64,000 nucleotides of DNA from an uncultured Candidatus Saccharimonadales bacterium (GTDB lineage: Bacteria > Patescibacteriota > Saccharimonadia > UBA4664): positions 12,270-76,269 of the forward strand of contig CAZDGK010000001.1 of NCBI GenBank assembly GCA_964505035.1, written 5' to 3'. Positions 45,055 to 53,971 of the stretch are shown here, in pieces. The translations under genes were made by a program, and so were the position numbers. The notes under the pieces are model-generated. The model was not told where the DNA came from. It made no database searches and saw only the letters and a list, made by a program, of their open reading frames with translations. Within the stretch, counting starts at the first letter, position 1. Every line of letters begins with the position of its first letter.

Positions 45055-45834
45055 ATGACACCCGAGAATGGACCCAACCAAGCCCACGAGTTTACCGCCA
45101 AGGACCAAGCCGAGCTGCTATCCCTGCTCGGCCACCACGATGCCGAATCGAGCACCGAAGGCGTCGAGCACCTCGAGCCAGCCACCGGCAGCGACATGTT
45201 CCGCGACTTCCAAGCCACCTTCATGCTCGGCAATGGCGGCGCCACTGGCCAAGAGGCCGCCATGCGGCTGATGGCCGGCGCCTACCGTCGCAACACTACC
45301 GGACCAGAGCTCCAAGCCGCCACCGCCGAAGCCAACCAGCGTATCGCCGACCTACGCATACCCAATAAGCACGCGCCCATACCGGTTGCCCAGTACGGCG
45401 CTTATGCCATCAACTCAGCCGACAATCTTCTCAAGGGCAGCTCCTTTGTCGATCGCTGGGCCGTTTTTCAGGGCCTCATTCTTGGTCAGCTGACACCACC
45501 CAGAGCGGCCACCCAGCAACAGCTCAGACAAGACATCATTACCAGCGCACTCCAAATGGATGTCCGCTACATTACTGAAGGCCGGAAAGGACGCGAGAAG
45601 AGTGGCGACCCTCACGAGAGCATCTATCGCGAATATATCCTCGGCGACAGTCTGCGTGGCAGTGATTACGTCATCGCACTCCGGGATGCTCTGCGCGAAA
45701 CCGCCCTCGAAATGGTCCAGTCCGGCCACATGCCGCCCCAGCTAGCCGAAGTTGTGCAGCTATGGGAGGCCCATCATCCCGGCCAGCGTTTCTTTGATCT
45801 GCCCGCTCCGCGCCAGCGCCCTAAATCAAATTGA
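45055..45834 (+). CDS. Hypothetical protein, occupying the position where rpoB normally follows rplL.
   Basis: TATGAT lies 7 nt upstream of the ATG. 259 aa. No motif I recognise. Confidence 0.5.
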   Translation: MTPENGPNQAHEFTAKDQAELLSLLGHHDAESSTEGVEHLEPATGSDMFRDFQATFMLGNGGATGQEAAMRLMAGAYRRNTTGPELQAATAEANQRIADLRIPNKHAPIPVAQYGAYAINSADNLLKGSSFVDRWAVFQGLILGQLTPPRAATQQQLRQDIITSALQMDVRYITEGRKGREKSGDPHESIYREYILGDSLRGSDYVIALRDALRETALEMVQSGHMPPQLAEVVQLWEAHHPGQRFFDLPAPRQRPKSN

Positions 45835-45872
45835 AGCCCCCCGACCATGCGTCAGGGGGCAAAAGGGCAGGC

Positions 45873-46181
45873 TCATTCCGCCAGCAGGATCCGCACTGAC
45901 GGACAATCCGCCAGGCTGCTCAGCAGCACGTCGACACCCAGTCGCTCGTCTTCGATCCGGGCCTGTCCCAAGTCCATATGACTGGGCAAATCCTTGATCT
46001 TGTCCGTGCACCTAGGGTCGATAACCAAATGTGGCTCCACCTGAAATGACAGAATTGCCGGCCCGAGCACCAGCCATTTAGCTGGCTGCAGGTCGCCAAT
46101 GTCAACCAGGCAGTCGATCACACTGAGTTCGCCGGGGTTGAGCGGGTGGCTGTCTGCGTCGATCGCAAACCGGACCCACAT
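45873..46181 (-). CDS. Hypothetical small protein, possibly a degenerate ferredoxin-like fold.
   Basis: 'IDAD...' N-terminus and 'CPSVRILLAE' C-terminus recall single-cluster ferredoxins, but only 3 Cys are present. GC3-biased. Confidence 0.3.
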   Translation of the reverse strand: MWVRFAIDADSHPLNPGELSVIDCLVDIGDLQPAKWLVLGPAILSFQVEPHLVIDPRCTDKIKDLPSHMDLGQARIEDERLGVDVLLSSLADCPSVRILLAE

Positions 46182-46256
46182 ATACTCAAGACCTCCTCGG
46201 GTCTAAGACGCGCCTCAGGTTTGTTATATACTAAGTCTGACATTGGAGGCAATATT

Positions 46257-46667
46257 ATGGACCACACCACGTTAAACCCGTACCTCAACTTTGGTGGCAA
46301 CGCCCGCGAAGCCATGGAATTCTACCACGGCATCTTTGGTGGCAAGCTCGACATCCAGACCTTTGGCCAGACCCCCGGCATGGACGTGCCAGCCGGCTAC
46401 GAGGACAAGGTGCTGCATGCCCATCTGAAATTTGGCCAGGTCATCATCATGGCCTCCGAAACCCAGCCCGGCACCCAGCCCGTAGTTGGCAACAACGTCC
46501 ACCTCAGTCTCAACGGCCAGGACAAAGAGGTAATCACCCAGTGGTTCAATGCCCTAGCCGAGGGCGGCAAAGTCGACATGCCTCTAGCCGAGCAATTCTG
46601 GGGCGACACATTTGGTATGCTCACGGACAAGTTTGGTATCCATTGGATGGCCAATATCGAAAAGTAG
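46257..46667 (+). CDS. VOC-family / PhnB-like (glyoxalase-fold) protein.
   Basis: 'YLNFGGNAREAMEFYHGIFGG'. GGAGG lies 9 nt upstream of the ATG. Confidence 0.7.
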   Translation: MDHTTLNPYLNFGGNAREAMEFYHGIFGGKLDIQTFGQTPGMDVPAGYEDKVLHAHLKFGQVIIMASETQPGTQPVVGNNVHLSLNGQDKEVITQWFNALAEGGKVDMPLAEQFWGDTFGMLTDKFGIHWMANIEK

Positions 46668-46707
46668 TTTTGACTTTGTTCGTGGGCTGTAGTATTAATA
46701 AGGCCAG

Positions 46708-47271
46708 TTGGAGTTATACCTAAAACAAAGGGATGGTGGAGTGGCCGAATTTACCGACAAGCAGTTAAAGACTCTCAAAAAATTAATCGAAACCGCCGAG
46801 ACCAATCTGGCGGGGGCCAAGGAATTATTAACGAGTCTAGTCGGCTCAGACGATACTGTCGCGCCGGCCTCTGCCGTGAACGCCGCCAAAGCCGGCGATA
46901 TGAGCAGTGGCAAAGTCATCGAGGGTGCCTTCGACGGCCAACACATGATCGGCCCCGACGGCAAGAATTATCCTGTGCCCGCCAACTACGCATCCAAGAG
47001 CAAGCTGGTCCAGGGCGACCTGCTCAAGCTAATCATTGGCGATGACGGTAGTTTCATCTACAAGCAAATCGGCCCAGTCGAGCGCAAAAAGCTCATCGGC
47101 ACGCTCAACCTCAAGGACGGTGCCTACTTCGTGGAGGCCCGCGGCAAGGAATATCACGTTCTATTCGCCAGCGTCACCTATTTCAAGGCTCAGCCAGGCG
47201 ACCAAGTCACCATGGTGATCCCCGACGAGGGCGACGCCGACTGGGCAGCCATTGAAGCCGTCATCGGCTAA
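46708..47271 (+). CDS. Hypothetical protein.
   Basis: 187-aa ORF. The start is uncertain: TTG at 46708, or GTG at 46741 after AAGGGA. Confidence 0.45.
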   Translation: MELYLKQRDGGVAEFTDKQLKTLKKLIETAETNLAGAKELLTSLVGSDDTVAPASAVNAAKAGDMSSGKVIEGAFDGQHMIGPDGKNYPVPANYASKSKLVQGDLLKLIIGDDGSFIYKQIGPVERKKLIGTLNLKDGAYFVEARGKEYHVLFASVTYFKAQPGDQVTMVIPDEGDADWAAIEAVIG

Positions 47272-47326
47272 TGTTATAACACGTAGACACCAGCCAGCTC
47301 TTTGACCGCACGAATCGAGGTGAGCT

Positions 47327-47668
47327 ATGACTGGCACCGCCGAGCAGACATTGCTCGTCACGGACGGCCCCAAGCAAGGCGCCCTGCTGCGGCTAGGCCT
47401 GTTCTGGATCGTCTCCAGTTCTGGGCCTCCCCGCGCTCTGCTGCTGCGGGCGTGGCTGGATGGGCGCAATACCCACCAGCTCTTCACGCTCATGGCAGAG
47501 CATTGGCAGGAAAATACACCCGGACAATGGGTACTGCACGGCCAGGTGTTCGACACCCTGCCCGGAGGAGATCCCAGCGAGTCGCTGGGCCTCTACGTAG
47601 TGCGCTACAACGCCTGGTCGGGCCAAGGCTTCGGCCGTCCAACCTCACCGGCGCCCCATCTCGTGTGA
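47327..47668 (+). CDS. Hypothetical protein.
   Basis: GAGGTGAG lies 5 nt upstream of the ATG. 113 aa. Confidence 0.5.
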   Translation: MTGTAEQTLLVTDGPKQGALLRLGLFWIVSSSGPPRALLLRAWLDGRNTHQLFTLMAEHWQENTPGQWVLHGQVFDTLPGGDPSESLGLYVVRYNAWSGQGFGRPTSPAPHLV

Positions 47669-47686
47669 TGGGGCGCCGCCCCTTTT
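47650..47686 (+). terminator. Rho-independent terminator overlapping the stop codon.
   Basis: GGCGCCCCATC-tcgtgt-GATGGGGCGCC (11-bp stem), followed by a T-rich run (CCTTTTC). Confidence 0.55.
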
Positions 47687-47796
47687 CGGCGCTAGCCGAT
47701 AACCTCATGATATACACAGCTCAGTCTACCAATATTGGGATATACTAGAACCAGATGCGATTTCGTATTTAAGCAAATTCGCAAAAGAAGTGGAGA

Positions 47797-49299
47797 GTGG
47801 AAGGGGTGGCTGATCTGGCACTGTACCGGAAGTACCGGAGTGCGCACTTTGACGACGTCATTGGACAAGACCACGTCGTTAAAACCATCACAACTGCCAT
47901 CAAAAATGGCCGGTTGTCTCATGCGTACCTGTTTACCGGCCCAAGAGGGGTGGGGAAGACGAGTGTCGCTAGGCTATTAGCCCGCGCTCTCAACTGCACG
48001 GATCAGCAGTCTAGACCATGCAATGAGTGTGCCAATTGCAAGGCCAGCCTAAACGCCTCTCTCGACATCATTGAAATCGACGCCGCCAGCAACCGGTCGA
48101 TTGACTCAGTGCGAGAGCTTCGCGACAAGATCAATCTGGCGCCGGCCATCGGCAGCTACAAAGTCTACATCATCGACGAGGTCCATATGCTAACCAGTGA
48201 GGCTTTTAATGCGCTGCTGAAAACGCTTGAGGAGCCACCCGCCCATGCTGTATTCATCCTGGCGACTACCGAAGCCCACAAGGTGCCCGAAACGATCATC
48301 TCCAGAACCCAGAGATTCAACTTTAAGCCCATCACCCCGGCCGACATCATCAAACACCTAGAAATGATCGCCAAGAGCGAAAAAATCGCCATCGAGCCCG
48401 CCGGCCTCGAAGTCATCGCTGGCGTAGCGCGCGGCAGCTTCCGTGATGCCATCAGCATTCTCGACCAAATGAGCTCCAGTGGCGAGCAGCCCATTACCGC
48501 CAGCGGCGTGCGGCTGCTCCTAGGACTTAGCGATAGCGAAGCCGTCGCCACCGTCAGCCGCGCCATGGCAGCCGGCGACGCCAAGGCCGCTGTCGAAGCG
48601 CTCACCACCGTGCTAGCAGGCGGCGCGCAGCCCGGCCAGATCGCCGCTCAGCTGGCCAGCCAATGGCGCGAAGCGCTGCTGGTCACCGTCGGCGCCGCCA
48701 CGGCCACCGACGACACGACCCGCGACCTTGCCGCCCAGCTCTCACCCTCAGCCATCGGCACCATCATCGAGGAATTGCTGGCTGTCACTCGGTCACACTG
48801 GCCACGCGAGAGCCTTGAAGTAGCCGTGATTCGCCTGGCCGCGCCAGCCGCCGAGCCACCGCGCCCGGCCGCCCCGGCGCGCGCTCAGGCCACCACCGCC
48901 GCGGGCGCCACCACTGCTCCTGCAGCCACCGCGCCCACTCCAGCCGCTCCGACTAGTGAGCCGTCAGCCGACGTCGAGCTCTGGCCCAAGGTCCTCGTCA
49001 TGCTCAAGACCAAGAATAACTCGCTCTGCGCTCTGCTCCAGATGTACCCTGTCGAGTTCAAAGACGGCAAAATCGTCATCAAGTCCCGCTTCAATTTCCA
49101 CCGGGACCTGTTCCTGAAGGTCCAAAACCGCTCCGTCATTGAGGATGCCGTCCAGAAGGTCTACGGCCGCCCCATCCCAGTCACCGCCATCACCGACGAG
49201 GCCGCCGCTGGCCGCCCCGCCAAAAAACTCGCCGACCCCAGTGCCGAGCTCATTTCCTCGGCCCTGGAGATCCTGGGTGGGGAAGTAGTGGAGGAATAG
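47797..49299 (+). CDS. dnaX: DNA polymerase III gamma/tau subunit.
   Basis: 'LYRKYRSAHFDDVIGQDHV...LFTGPRGVGKTS' Walker A. 'IDEVHML'. Ala/Pro-rich linker. Confidence 0.9.
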   Translation: MEGVADLALYRKYRSAHFDDVIGQDHVVKTITTAIKNGRLSHAYLFTGPRGVGKTSVARLLARALNCTDQQSRPCNECANCKASLNASLDIIEIDAASNRSIDSVRELRDKINLAPAIGSYKVYIIDEVHMLTSEAFNALLKTLEEPPAHAVFILATTEAHKVPETIISRTQRFNFKPITPADIIKHLEMIAKSEKIAIEPAGLEVIAGVARGSFRDAISILDQMSSSGEQPITASGVRLLLGLSDSEAVATVSRAMAAGDAKAAVEALTTVLAGGAQPGQIAAQLASQWREALLVTVGAATATDDTTRDLAAQLSPSAIGTIIEELLAVTRSHWPRESLEVAVIRLAAPAAEPPRPAAPARAQATTAAGATTAPAATAPTPAAPTSEPSADVELWPKVLVMLKTKNNSLCALLQMYPVEFKDGKIVIKSRFNFHRDLFLKVQNRSVIEDAVQKVYGRPIPVTAITDEAAAGRPAKKLADPSAELISSALEILGGEVVEE

Positions 49300-49300
49300 T

Positions 49301-50710
49301 ATGGCAGACCGTCGCGACCAGAGCCGCCAAAGTCAGTTTGAACGCCTCGGCCAAGGCCTCGAGGTGGAGCTGGCGGCCGGCGTGGCCGGCAAGGTCCCGC
49401 CCCAAAACACCGAGGCCGAGACAAGCCTGCTCGGCAGCCTGCTTATCGACAAGGACGCCATCATCAAGATTGCCGACATTGTCACCCCAGAGGACTTCTA
49501 CGACAACCGCCACGCCATCATCTTCAGCGCGATGCTCGACCTCTACGAAAAGCGCCAACCCATCGACCTACTCACCCTCGCCAACAAGCTCCGCGAAGCC
49601 GGTGAGCTCGACCGCGTCGGCGGCTCCGCCCAGCTAGCCGAGCTCACGTCCATGGTGCCCACTGCCGCTCACGTCGCCGAGTACGCCAGCATCGTGGCCC
49701 ACAAGGCCACCCTCCGCCGCCTCATCTCGGCCGCCGGTCATATCACCAATCTGGGCTACGACGAAAACACCGCCCTCGACCAGCTCCTCGACAAGGCCGA
49801 GCAAACCATCTTCGAAGTCAGTCAGAAAAACCTCAAACAAAACTTCATCCCCGTCCGCACCGTCCTCGACGAGTCGTTTGAGCGCCTCAACGAGCTCCAC
49901 TCCAACGCCGGCAAGCTCCGGGGTATCCCCACCGGTTTCCGCGACCTCGATTCCACTCTAGCTGGCCTCCAGAACTCCGATCTGCTCATCCTGGCCGCGC
50001 GTCCGTCCATGGGCAAGACCACCTTCGTCATGAACCTGGCCCATCACGTGGCCGCCAAAGAAGGCATCCCCGTCGGCTTCTTCAGCCTGGAGGTGTCCAA
50101 GGAGCAACTCATCGACCAGCTGCTAGCCATCGAGTCCGGCGTCGACTCCTGGAAGCTGCGCACCGGCGCCCTCGACGACGACGATTTCCCGCGCATCGCC
50201 GACGCCATGGCCCAGCTCTCGGAAGCCCCGCTCTACATCGACGACTCCGCCACCACCAACGTCATGGAAATGCGCACCAAAGCCCGCCGTCTGCAAGCCG
50301 AGCACGGGCTGGGCCTAGTTATCGTCGACTATCTGCAGCTTATCTCCGGCGGCGCTCGCAGCCAGGAAGGCCGCACCCAGGAAGTGAGCGAAATCTCCCG
50401 CCAGCTCAAGGGTCTAGCTCGTGAGCTCGGAGTGCCAGTGGTTGCCCTGTCGCAGCTGTCCCGCGCGGTCGAGTCGCGCAACCCACCCATTCCACAGCTG
50501 TCCGACCTGCGCGACTCCGGCTCCATCGAGCAAGATGCCGACGTCGTGATGTTCCTCTACCGTCCGTGGTACTACGACAAGGAGGCCGACGAAAACCTCA
50601 CCGAAGTCCTTGTCCGCAAGCACCGCAACGGCCCCATTCGCGACATCGAGCTGGAGTTCCACCCCGAGCAGCGCAGCTTCCTCGACCGCGCCGAGCGCTT
50701 CCACGGCTAG
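49301..50710 (+). CDS. dnaB: Replicative DNA helicase DnaB.
   Basis: 'ARPSMGKTTF' Walker A. 'IVDYLQLI'. Confidence 0.95.
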   Translation: MADRRDQSRQSQFERLGQGLEVELAAGVAGKVPPQNTEAETSLLGSLLIDKDAIIKIADIVTPEDFYDNRHAIIFSAMLDLYEKRQPIDLLTLANKLREAGELDRVGGSAQLAELTSMVPTAAHVAEYASIVAHKATLRRLISAAGHITNLGYDENTALDQLLDKAEQTIFEVSQKNLKQNFIPVRTVLDESFERLNELHSNAGKLRGIPTGFRDLDSTLAGLQNSDLLILAARPSMGKTTFVMNLAHHVAAKEGIPVGFFSLEVSKEQLIDQLLAIESGVDSWKLRTGALDDDDFPRIADAMAQLSEAPLYIDDSATTNVMEMRTKARRLQAEHGLGLVIVDYLQLISGGARSQEGRTQEVSEISRQLKGLARELGVPVVALSQLSRAVESRNPPIPQLSDLRDSGSIEQDADVVMFLYRPWYYDKEADENLTEVLVRKHRNGPIRDIELEFHPEQRSFLDRAERFHG

Positions 50711-50754
50711 CGGCATTGCCCCCGTCCGAGCTATCACCTATACTCAAGACAGTT

Positions 50755-51255
50755 ATGCTTACTCAAGACATCGAGGCGGTTATACCCCGGCACCGGCGCC
50801 TGACCAAAGCCAACTTTAAACAGGCCGGTAAGTTTGGGTTGGTCGGCATCATCAATACCGCCGTTGATTTCCTCATCTACAACCTGCTCCATTTCGGCGC
50901 CGGGCTGGCCCTCGTACCGGCCAACGTCGTCTCCACGACCATCGCCATGACCTTTAGCTTTATCGCCAATAAGCGTCTGGTCTTCCGCCACGAATCGGCC
51001 ACCCAGGCTCGCCACATCGCGCTGTTCCTGCTGGTCACGGCGTTCGGACTCTATGTCCTTCAAAATGGTGCTATCGTATTGCTGACCGAAATCTGGACGC
51101 AGCCCCTGCACCTCCTCATCCAGGCCTGTCATACCGCCGGCCTCAACCGCTTCATGACTGATACCTTTATCTTTAATAACGGCGCCAAGGCCGCCGCTAC
51201 CGCTGTCAGCTTGACATGGAACTATATTCTTTATAGAAAGGTAGTATTTAGGTAA
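50755..51255 (+). CDS. GtrA-family membrane protein of a polysaccharide-glycosylation system.
   Basis: 'GKFGLVGIINTAVDFLIYNLL' and 'FIANKRLVFR'. TATACT lies 10 nt upstream of the ATG. The ORF track's upstream extension overlaps dnaB and was rejected. Confidence 0.75.
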   Translation: MLTQDIEAVIPRHRRLTKANFKQAGKFGLVGIINTAVDFLIYNLLHFGAGLALVPANVVSTTIAMTFSFIANKRLVFRHESATQARHIALFLLVTAFGLYVLQNGAIVLLTEIWTQPLHLLIQACHTAGLNRFMTDTFIFNNGAKAAATAVSLTWNYILYRKVVFR

Positions 51256-52787
51256 TGAAGCAATCAACCCCACCTTTTGCCTGGCTCGGCCGCTACTTTG
51301 AATGGGTAGTGCTGGCGGGTTTGCTCGGCCTGGCCGCCTTCTTCCGCTTCATCGACCTAACCAGCCTGCCACCCGGCCTCTACACTGGTGAGGCCCGCAT
51401 CGGCCTCCAGGCCCTCGATCTGCTACACCACGGCACACTTCCCGGACTCGATTCCTACAATCAATACGCCCCCCTCTGGGTCTGGTTGCAGGCGCTGGCC
51501 GTGGCCGTGTTTGGGCACAATGACTGGAGCCTCCGCGTCTGGCCGGCCGTCCTCGGCGTGCTAGCCACTGGCGCCACCTGGCTCTGGGCCAAGCAGTGGT
51601 TTACCGGCCGCATCGCCTGGATAGCCGCGCTCCTCGTAGCTGTCACACCGTGGTCGGTCACGCTCAGCCGCAGCGCCATGCCCACCGAGCTCATCATCCT
51701 GCTCGTGCCGCTAACGCTCTGGACGGTCACCGAAATCTACCGCCGCGGCACGCTCGGCCTCTGGCTAGCCGGCGCCGGCCTCCTCACTCTCAGCCTGCTC
51801 TCTGGGCCGCTCGGTTGGCTGCTGGTCGCCAGCGTCACCGTCCTGGGCGTCTTCCAACTAGTCCGCCGCCACGAGCTGCTACGGGGAGGCAAAGCCCGCT
51901 GGGCCGGCCTGGTGGCCGCTGCCCTAGGTTTCGGACTGTTTGGCTACTTGGCGGGCACCTCGGCCGCCAGCCTGTCCGCGCTACCAGTCGCCCTGGGCCT
52001 GACCGCTCCGCCGGCCATCATTCTCGAAAATATCGCCCGCACCCTGTTGATGTTTAACCTCCGCGGCGACGAAAACTTCCGCCACAACTTCGCCGCCGAA
52101 CCCATGCTCAATGCGTTCGTCGGGCTGATGTTCATCTTTGGCATCCTGGTCTCGATCTCCCGCCTGCACCTACGCCGCTACCGCATCCTGCTCCTGCTGT
52201 TCGTCATCCTGCTCGCCCCAGCTGCTCTCAGCAATACCGGCGTGCCCAATGCCGCTCACGCCGCTGCCGCCCTGCCCATTGTCGCCGTCTTGGCCGCCGT
52301 TGGTATCAGCTATATGCTCGAGCTCTGGTACTCCACCTTCCCAATCAATTCGGCCGCCCGTAGCGTCGGCCAGTCCGTCATTGTCCTGCTTCTGGCCCTC
52401 ACCATCTTCCAGGGCTACACCCAATACTTCCGCGCCTGGGCTGCGTCCGGCGAAACCTACAGCACCGCCAATGAAGCCGCCACCAACGCCGCCCGGTTCC
52501 TCAAGACCACCAGTTTCAGCGGCACGCGGCTAGTTGTTGCCACACCCGACGAGCTCGCCACCGTCCACTTCCTGGCCTACAACCAGCCAGCTCACCAAGA
52601 GCTCGACCCAGCCGGTCTGGTGGGTCTGCCCGTCACCCCCGGCGCCCGGCAGTTCATCATCACCGCCGCCGCCCGCGATGCCGCCGCCAAGAACCTGGCT
52701 CTCAAGTTCCCCGGCAGCAAACTACGTGCTCATCTGTCACCCTTTAGCTACAATGAGATCTATTACGTCTATGAGGTAACCCAATGA
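51255..52787 (+). CDS. GT39 / ArnT-PMT-family (GT-C) membrane glycosyltransferase.
   Basis: About 12 TM helices. 'YTGEARIGLQALDLLHHG' in periplasmic loop 1. Lies between GtrA and the GT2. Confidence 0.8.
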   Translation: MKQSTPPFAWLGRYFEWVVLAGLLGLAAFFRFIDLTSLPPGLYTGEARIGLQALDLLHHGTLPGLDSYNQYAPLWVWLQALAVAVFGHNDWSLRVWPAVLGVLATGATWLWAKQWFTGRIAWIAALLVAVTPWSVTLSRSAMPTELIILLVPLTLWTVTEIYRRGTLGLWLAGAGLLTLSLLSGPLGWLLVASVTVLGVFQLVRRHELLRGGKARWAGLVAAALGFGLFGYLAGTSAASLSALPVALGLTAPPAIILENIARTLLMFNLRGDENFRHNFAAEPMLNAFVGLMFIFGILVSISRLHLRRYRILLLLFVILLAPAALSNTGVPNAAHAAAALPIVAVLAAVGISYMLELWYSTFPINSAARSVGQSVIVLLLALTIFQGYTQYFRAWAASGETYSTANEAATNAARFLKTTSFSGTRLVVATPDELATVHFLAYNQPAHQELDPAGLVGLPVTPGARQFIITAAARDAAAKNLALKFPGSKLRAHLSPFSYNEIYYVYEVTQ

Positions 52788-53557
52788 ACCAAATCGACCT
52801 CAGCATCATCCTGCCCTCATACATGGAAGCCAAGAATATTGGCTCGTCCCTGGACCAGCTCTCAGAGTGGCTAAGGACTCATGACTACGGCCATGTTGAA
52901 GTAATTGTGGTAGTCGCCGACAGCCCAGACGGCACAGCGGCCATCGCCGAGAGCAAGGCCGGACAGTTTGACAGCCTCATCGTCACCCATGCCGGCCCCC
53001 GGGCAGGGAAGGGCCGCGACGTCCGGCTGGGTATGTTCGAGGCCACCGGCCGCTACCGTATGTTCATGGACGCCGACCTAGCCACACCGCTCTCGCACCT
53101 CGACGACGTGAAAGCCCTGATGGACCACGGCGGCAAAGTCGGCATCGCCGTGCGTGACCTCGTCAAAATCCACAAAGGCCTCATCCGCAAAACCATCACC
53201 GGCTTCGGCAACTTACTGGCCCAGATTATCCTGCTACCCGGGCTCAAGGACACTCAGTGTGGCTTCAAAGTCTTCGAGGCTGAAGCCGCCGAAGCCGTCT
53301 TCAGCCGCCTGACCATCCTGGGCTGGGGCTTCGACCTCGAGATCCTGGCCGTCGCCCGCAAGCTCGGCTACCACATCGAGACCTTCGAGGCTCCCGACTG
53401 GAAAGACCCCAAGGCCGAGGGCGCCGGACTAGTAGGGGATTCGCCGCTCAAAGCCTCCATCCAGGTTTTCCGCGACCTGCTAACCGTCCGCTGGAACCTC
53501 ATCCGCGGCCTCTACCGCCAGCCCAGCTACCACCACACTCCCGGCGCCATCGACTAG
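52784..53557 (+). CDS. GT2 polyprenyl-phosphate glycosyltransferase (DPM1 / ArnC / GtrB-like).
   Basis: 'LSIILPSYMEAKNI' and 'MFMDADL' DxD motif. Confidence 0.85.
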   Translation: MNQIDLSIILPSYMEAKNIGSSLDQLSEWLRTHDYGHVEVIVVVADSPDGTAAIAESKAGQFDSLIVTHAGPRAGKGRDVRLGMFEATGRYRMFMDADLATPLSHLDDVKALMDHGGKVGIAVRDLVKIHKGLIRKTITGFGNLLAQIILLPGLKDTQCGFKVFEAEAAEAVFSRLTILGWGFDLEILAVARKLGYHIETFEAPDWKDPKAEGAGLVGDSPLKASIQVFRDLLTVRWNLIRGLYRQPSYHHTPGAID

Positions 53558-53566
53558 CATCGCAGC

Positions 53567-53971
53567 ATGAATAGGCTCCTCATCATCGTTGGCAGTCAGT
53601 CCGACATCCCACTGCTCAAAGACCTCGAGCAGCAGCTGACCAAGGCCAAGATCACCTACGATATCGAAATTGCCTCCTGTCACCGCGACCTCGACACGCT
53701 CTACCAACTGCTCACCACCATCAAGGACGGCCGCTACCGGGCCGTAGTTGCGGTAGCCAATGCCGTCTCCAACATGCCGGCCATCGTGGCCAGCTATCTC
53801 AAAGATACCGCCACAGTGGTAGTCGGCGTCGGCCTCAGCGACAAGGGCATGAATGGCATCGACTCGCTTCTAGCCATCAATACCATCCCCAAGGGCGTGC
53901 CCCTTGTCACCACCGGGCTCGGCGCCACCGGCCTGCACAACGCCGGCCTGTTCGTCGCTAAGCTGTTCTAG
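53567..53971 (+). CDS. PurE-like (AIR carboxylase / N5-CAIR mutase fold) protein with substituted active-site loops.
   Basis: 'LIIVGSQSD', 'IASCHRD' (compare SAHRTP) and 'GIDSLLAINTIPKGVPLVT'. The 70s loop 'AGGAAHLPG' is replaced by 'ANAVSNMPA'. Confidence 0.65.
   Translation: MNRLLIIVGSQSDIPLLKDLEQQLTKAKITYDIEIASCHRDLDTLYQLLTTIKDGRYRAVVAVANAVSNMPAIVASYLKDTATVVVGVGLSDKGMNGIDSLLAINTIPKGVPLVTTGLGATGLHNAGLFVAKLF

Noticed and set aside
47669-47796. Looked for SRP RNA (ffs), which often sits upstream of dnaX.
   Set aside because: No conserved domain IV motifs were seen. The region holds a terminator and an AT-rich promoter-like stretch only.
49180-49230. A6 run (GCCAAAAAACTC) considered as a dnaX tau/gamma programmed frameshift site.
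   Set aside because: It lies about 25 codons from the C-terminus rather than mid-gene, it is not an A AAA AAG heptamer, and no downstream stimulatory hairpin is evident.
50566-50754. The 5' extension of the GtrA ORF, which overlaps dnaB by about 145 nt.
   Set aside because: The extension is Arg/Pro-rich and has no hydrophobic helix. An internal ATG at 50755 preceded by TATACT gives a typical GtrA of about 166 aa.
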